This document shows positions 59,988-64,000 of a DNA stretch of 64,000 nt, in pieces (the first letter of the stretch is position 1; every line of letters starts with the position of its first letter). The DNA lies in NCBI GenBank assembly GCA_964628035.1, contig CAZVPI010000008.1:29437-93436 (forward strand), written 5' to 3'. Made by a program: the position numbers and the translations under genes. The notes under the pieces were generated by a model. That model made no database searches. It had not been told where the DNA came from and was given only the letters and a program-made list of their open reading frames with translations. The stretch is from an uncultured Clostridia bacterium (lineage in GTDB: Bacteria; Acidobacteriota; Aminicenantia; UBA2199).

Positions 59988-61208
59988 CTAAAACCCATAC
60001 TGCAAAAACGCTCCCCAGTAGCTCCTGGCATAATCGAGCTCCAGCACGTCCGATGTCAATCGGTATATGTTGTACGAAAAGCCCAGAGACGTTTTGCCGA
60101 AGAACGGGATGGCCAAATAATACTGCTGCTGGCGGATGCGGTCGCTGCGCTGTAACTGCAGGTCGATGAACGAGCGGTACCTCAGCCTGCCGTCGCGATG
60201 GTTGCCCCCGGCCTTCAGGAAGCGGGTCAGGTAGACCTCGGCCCCGCCACCGAAGGAGTTGTCATCATAAAATACATCGCTGGAATAATAAGAAAACCGT
60301 GTGTCGATCGCATAGAAAACATTCAATCGCACGCGGTCGGCCAAGGTGAGTCGCACGTCTCCCCTGCCATTGGCCCGCTGGGTGGTTTGGTACAAGGGGT
60401 TGCTCGGGTCGAAGCGCCTGACGCCGATCTGGAAGCTCCCCTGCAGCGAGCCCTTCTCGGGGAACTGCACGCCCAATCCAATCTGTTGTGCTTTGGTATT
60501 CCTTTCCAGGCTTTGCTCGAACTTGTAGTCGGTCCGCTCGTAATGGGCGTAGATGATCGTGCTGGTGAATACCGGCTTGTTCAATCTGAAGCCAAACGTA
60601 TTCTCCTCGTGGTTCAATCGTTCGGACAGATCGTAAGTGCCTAAATAGGGATCTTCATCATATTCAAGCTTGTTGAACGAAGCATAAGCGGTCACGAACA
60701 GGCTGTATGGCCTGCCTATATCGACCTCTCCCGACCATGCGCCGTCGCGATAATGGTAGGGGCTGCTGAACTCTAGCCGGGGCCTTTGGTAGAGATCGTT
60801 CTGCGCGAACCCCGCCTTGACATTGAACGGCCCGGCGTAACTGTGCGCCGCGGCCTTGAACTGGTTGCTCCAGGTCCTGAATTGCTCATTCTCCAAGTAG
60901 AACGAGTAGTATGGCAGATCTTCAACCTGCAGGATAAGCCTGTTGGCAACAATAGCCGATGCTCTTAGCCCCACTCCTATATCGCCCGTCCAGTCCGGGT
61001 ATTCCTCTTCCTGATACGTATAGATGCTGCTGGTATAGCCGACATTATCCAGCATGAGGAGCGGAGTAAGATATACGAACCCCAGCTTCAGTCTGGACTC
61101 ATTCAGGATTTTTTCTTTGACTTTAAAGAAATCATCCGAGCCAATACTCAGTGTCAGTGTCAGCGTTAGTGTTAGGAAGAGAAGAAAACGGCGGAGACGA
61201 TCACTCAT
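59988..61208 (-). CDS. Putative outer-membrane beta-barrel protein; signal peptide contains an (LT)n repeat
   Basis: MSDRLRRFLLFLTLTLTLTLSIGS. Alternating amphipathic strands rich in Y/F/G. C-terminal ...FLQYGF ends in an aromatic, typical of OMPs. Confidence 0.6.
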   Translation of the reverse strand: MSDRLRRFLLFLTLTLTLTLSIGSDDFFKVKEKILNESRLKLGFVYLTPLLMLDNVGYTSSIYTYQEEEYPDWTGDIGVGLRASAIVANRLILQVEDLPYYSFYLENEQFRTWSNQFKAAAHSYAGPFNVKAGFAQNDLYQRPRLEFSSPYHYRDGAWSGEVDIGRPYSLFVTAYASFNKLEYDEDPYLGTYDLSERLNHEENTFGFRLNKPVFTSTIIYAHYERTDYKFEQSLERNTKAQQIGLGVQFPEKGSLQGSFQIGVRRFDPSNPLYQTTQRANGRGDVRLTLADRVRLNVFYAIDTRFSYYSSDVFYDDNSFGGGAEVYLTRFLKAGGNHRDGRLRYRSFIDLQLQRSDRIRQQQYYLAIPFFGKTSLGFSYNIYRLTSDVLELDYARSYWGAFLQYGF

Positions 61209-61317
61209 TGGGGATCACCGGAAGAATTCCCCCAAAAGCCCTTTCCAACCGATGACACCCAAAAACAATGTATGAATTTTAGGAAAGGATGATCCTCATG
61301 CGGGACATCTGCGCTGG

Positions 61318-61614
61318 TCATGATGATGACTTGGCCAGGCCGCGCAGCATCTTGGATATTTCGTCGCACTCTCTTCGCAACCCCTTATTTTGGGAAGCCT
61401 CGATATAGCCAAGATCCCGTCCCAATAACAAGTGATATTGTAACTCACCTGCCGACCCATTGGCAATACCCACGATCTGCGCAGAACTCGTTGTAAAAGA
61501 CAAAATTGCCCCTCTATTCCCAGGAAATCAGTGAATTTTTGGCTCCCTCAGGAGCTCTTTCAAAATACCGGCTATGTTCTCTTCGCTGACACGAACACGA
61601 AGAGCTAGCAGCTC
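61318..61614 (-). pseudogene. Frameshifted four-helix-bundle protein gene (TIGR02436; 23S rRNA intervening-sequence / Avd-like family)
   Basis: The C-terminal half is intact from a TTG (SFTTSSAQIVGIANGSAGELQYHLLLGRDLGYIEAS...ISKMLRGLAKS). The expected N-terminal half appears in another frame upstream (...RVRVSEENIAGILKELLREPKIH*) before a TGA. Confidence 0.5.
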
Positions 61615-62127
61615 TTATTTACCTGTCGGCGAAGTCTCTTTCTCAATGATCTTTACAAAGCCATACGTAGCCCCGGCGGTTACGCCACCGATAAGGGCCC
61701 AGCCGCAGGGGGTGAGGAAGAAGCACTTGGGCGACTTGCAGCGCAGCTGGTAGCCGGGGACCTCGTCGGCCTTCTTGGGCAGGGTGAGGCAGGCCAGCTG
61801 CTTCTTGGGCTCGATCTTGATCAGCACGTCGACGTTGTAGTCCTTGCCGTCGTGCTGGATGCCGATGGCATAGGTGCCGGGGATGATGTTCTCGATCTTG
61901 TACGTGCCCTTCTTGTCCGATTTCTCCGACTGGTAGGTCCTCTCGGTGGTGGTCTCGCGGATCAGGACAACTGCGTTGGGAAGGGGCTTCTTGCCGTCAT
62001 CGGAATAGACAAAACCATGGAGCTTGCCGACCTTGGCTTCCTGTGCCGGAATCACAATGGGGAATAATGTGATCATGAACGCGGAAAGGGCCACCAGACT
62101 TATGTTTTTCCTCAGTAGACCTTTCAT
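61615..62127 (-). CDS. Exported carboxypeptidase-regulatory-like (CarbopepD_reg) domain protein
   Basis: AGGAGG RBS. Signal MKGLLRKNISLVALSAFMITLFPIVIPA. GFVYSDDGKKPLPNAVVLI and GTYAIGIQHDGKDYN are typical of Ig-like CarbopepD_reg beta-sandwiches. Confidence 0.7.
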   Translation of the reverse strand: MKGLLRKNISLVALSAFMITLFPIVIPAQEAKVGKLHGFVYSDDGKKPLPNAVVLIRETTTERTYQSEKSDKKGTYKIENIIPGTYAIGIQHDGKDYNVDVLIKIEPKKQLACLTLPKKADEVPGYQLRCKSPKCFFLTPCGWALIGGVTAGATYGFVKIIEKETSPTGK

Positions 62128-62576
62128 GGTTTTATTTCCTCCAATCATTTCTGTGCCCATTGTACCATGTTTTTTTCAAATTTCAAGTAGTCAAGGGCAG
62201 TTTTGAGTTCTTTACCATTTTCCTGATACGGGGGCGTTATTACGAACGAACAGCGGCAGTGAAAGCAGCAGCCGGGAGCGAGCGCGCGCGACGAGTGATG
62301 AGAAAAGCCAAGAACAAGCTGCATGATTCGAAATTCGTGGTTCGCAAAAGAACGGGAGTGACTTCGAGACGTTGGAGACCAGACGATGGACGTCAGCAAG
62401 GCAAAATAGACTCGGCGTAAGGCATCGGGTAAAAAGAATGTCCGCTCTCCTCACTTTTGCCTTTTGGTTTTTGCCTTGGGCATTCGCCCAGTCCCAGCGC
62501 TAAATGATTTCATAGCGCCTTCCTTCCGTTTTTTCCTCTCTCTCGCTTTACCCCTCCACCCCTAAAATCTAAGTTG

Positions 62577-63344
62577 CTACTTCTTTGAGCTTTTGATTTC
62601 ATCCATAAGATCCATGAGCTGGTGAACATAGTCCGGGTTCTTTATCTTGCTGGCGTACTTTTCCCCTGCCACCAAGTCCCCCCTTTTCAAATGGCAATAC
62701 GCCAGGTAGAACTGGGCATCTTCTCCGAGGTCTCCTCCCAGTCCGTCAATGACTTTTTCCAATCTGCCAATGCAGCGCCTGTGGTCTCCCTGCTGGAAGG
62801 CCAGATACCCTTCCAGGAAGCGAAGCCGGCGTTCGTCGTTCCTCATCTTGCCCATGACCTTGAGGTTGGCTTCGGCCTGATCAACCTGCTTGACCCTGAG
62901 CAAATCCCAGGTTTCGTAAAACATGTTCATGAAGGGCAGCATTCCGGGCTGGGCGCCGGGCTGGTCCAGATAGTTCAGCGCCCTGATCATGTTGACGATC
63001 TCCTTCTCGATCTCCCTGGGCCGCTTGGCCTTCCTGCTCCCCTCCTCTCCCAACACCGTTTTCATCTTGTCCAGCAGCGCCCTGGTCTCCCCGATCGCCC
63101 CCTTTTTGTACTGGGTGATCGCGTAGAAATAGTAGAGCTCTGCCACAAATTCCTTTTCGTCCAACAATCCAAACTCAGCCAACTGGAAACTTTCCAGGGC
63201 TTCGTCATACTTGCCCGCCTGGTATTGCAGCTTGCCCTCGTTCAGCAGATTGGAATAGAACGGATCAGCAGAATAGAGCAGCACGGTGCTTGTTAGGATT
63301 AGCAGGGTCGGCAATAACGTTTTGAATGCCATTTTGTTCTCCAT
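62577..63344 (-). CDS. Secreted TPR-repeat protein
   Basis: Signal MAFKTLLPTLLILTSTVLL. TPR-like repeats (YYFYAITQYKKGAIGETRALLDKM; AYCHLKRGDLVAGEKYASKI). Confidence 0.65.
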   Translation of the reverse strand: MENKMAFKTLLPTLLILTSTVLLYSADPFYSNLLNEGKLQYQAGKYDEALESFQLAEFGLLDEKEFVAELYYFYAITQYKKGAIGETRALLDKMKTVLGEEGSRKAKRPREIEKEIVNMIRALNYLDQPGAQPGMLPFMNMFYETWDLLRVKQVDQAEANLKVMGKMRNDERRLRFLEGYLAFQQGDHRRCIGRLEKVIDGLGGDLGEDAQFYLAYCHLKRGDLVAGEKYASKIKNPDYVHQLMDLMDEIKSSKK

Positions 63345-63409
63345 GTTCTGAAGGATTGTAACTGATTTTTGGGTGGGGGTAAAGGGATATACAGGCTATA
63401 GCGGATTAT

Positions 63410-64000
63410 TTAAAACTCAATCCCATGAGAGCGGATCCCTATATTGTACGATATGAAAATCAGGCTGACCAACAGATATTGAATTGTCATCGCCCATGCC
63501 AGAAATTTTCGCGATTGGATCTCGCGTTGAAGCAGCAAGATAATGAATGGGAGAGCGACAAAAACATGCGCTGAAGCGAGGCGGGAATGAATCAGGAAAG
63601 CGGCCAGGAAACCGCAAAAGATATACAAGAAGATATTTCTCTCAGCGATTTCCTGTTGGCGCAGGATCAATACGAGCCCCAGAAGCCCCGATAAGATGAA
63701 CGGGAACAAGATCCAGGCATAGGGAAGACGGATTAGTTTTTCAGCTTGGCTTGCGAAATTAGCGATAAAGCCGTTGATATGATTTGCCCCATTGTACGAT
63801 GAATAGGCCGGGATGGAGAGAAACAACGGCGGCAATAGGAAAAGCAGGGGGATGTTCCTGGTTTTCAAGATGGATCGGAAATGCGCCAGCACGACAAGGA
63901 AGAACATGAATCCCATGTTGATCAGGACGATGTTCAGATGCTCGAGGCTGGGATGGAACCCATGGGAAGCGAACTTCGGATGAGTGAAGCCGCCCCAGGC
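63410..64000 (-). CDS. Polytopic membrane protein, partial (the ORF continues upstream past the window end without a stop)
   Basis: Very hydrophobic, about 5 TM helices in the visible part. The in-frame upstream sequence AWGGFTHPKFASHGFHPSLEHLNIVLIN precedes the first ATG. Confidence 0.5.
   Translation of the reverse strand, partial: AWGGFTHPKFASHGFHPSLEHLNIVLINMGFMFFLVVLAHFRSILKTRNIPLLFLLPPLFLSIPAYSSYNGANHINGFIANFASQAEKLIRLPYAWILFPFILSGLLGLVLILRQQEIAERNIFLYIFCGFLAAFLIHSRLASAHVFVALPFIILLLQREIQSRKFLAWAMTIQYLLVSLIFISYNIGIRSHGIEF

Noticed and set aside
62160-62420. 86-codon ORF (MYHVFFKFQVVKGSFEFF...) in an AT-rich patch after the CarbopepD_reg gene
   Set aside because: Most of it is translation of the purine-rich AAAAGCCAAGAAC repeat. 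Resemblance of its first about 25 residues to a four-helix-bundle N-terminus is too weak to call.

Overview
This is a 64-kb, high-GC (about 65-70%) bacterial chromosomal segment. I support about 48 protein-coding genes, one tRNA-Leu(UAG) and one Rho-independent terminator. Assigned genes include glgC, buk-ptb, ppdK, tdh, ispD, mraY and lepB. There are also S9 and S46 peptidases, an ABC-F protein, a P-type Ca2+-ATPase, two histidine kinases without adjacent response regulators, and a prepilin peptidase. A polysaccharide export locus carries Wza, two Wzc-like tyrosine autokinases, a PHP tyrosine phosphatase and a Wzy/O-antigen-ligase-like gene.

Two things stand out. First, nearly every intergenic region holds a 120-460-bp MITE/REP-like element. 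These are bounded by terminal inverted repeats built from short periodic motifs (for example GTGACAAGTGAC, GGCGTACGG, GGTGTACGG, GTGATTCGTGATTGG). Several of them overlap and supply the stop codon or last residues of the flanking convergent genes. A separate 50-65-bp dispersed repeat (TTCAGCAACTTGAAGGTACGACGGTCCATCGAGGTACCACGTACC) and a 53-bp x4 tandem array are also present.

Second, the most unusual gene is one 1259-codon ORF. It fuses MurG (the lipid II glycosyltransferase), an FHA-like domain, MurJ (the lipid II flippase) and a C-terminal HEAT-repeat tail. It overlaps mraY downstream and follows ispD, so it looks like a compact lipid II assembly module. Other oddities are a radical-SAM gene whose 5' ~330 bp is only about 30% GC, a PPDK with a histone-H1-like Lys/Ala-rich C-terminal tail, a PurF-like protein lacking the N-terminal catalytic cysteine, and a degenerate four-helix-bundle gene remnant.

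No transposase, integrase, phage genes or CRISPR array are visible. CDS coordinates follow the supplied ORF track, corrected to plausible start codons. Repeat and tRNA coordinates were read by eye from the sequence and are good to about +/-2 nt.
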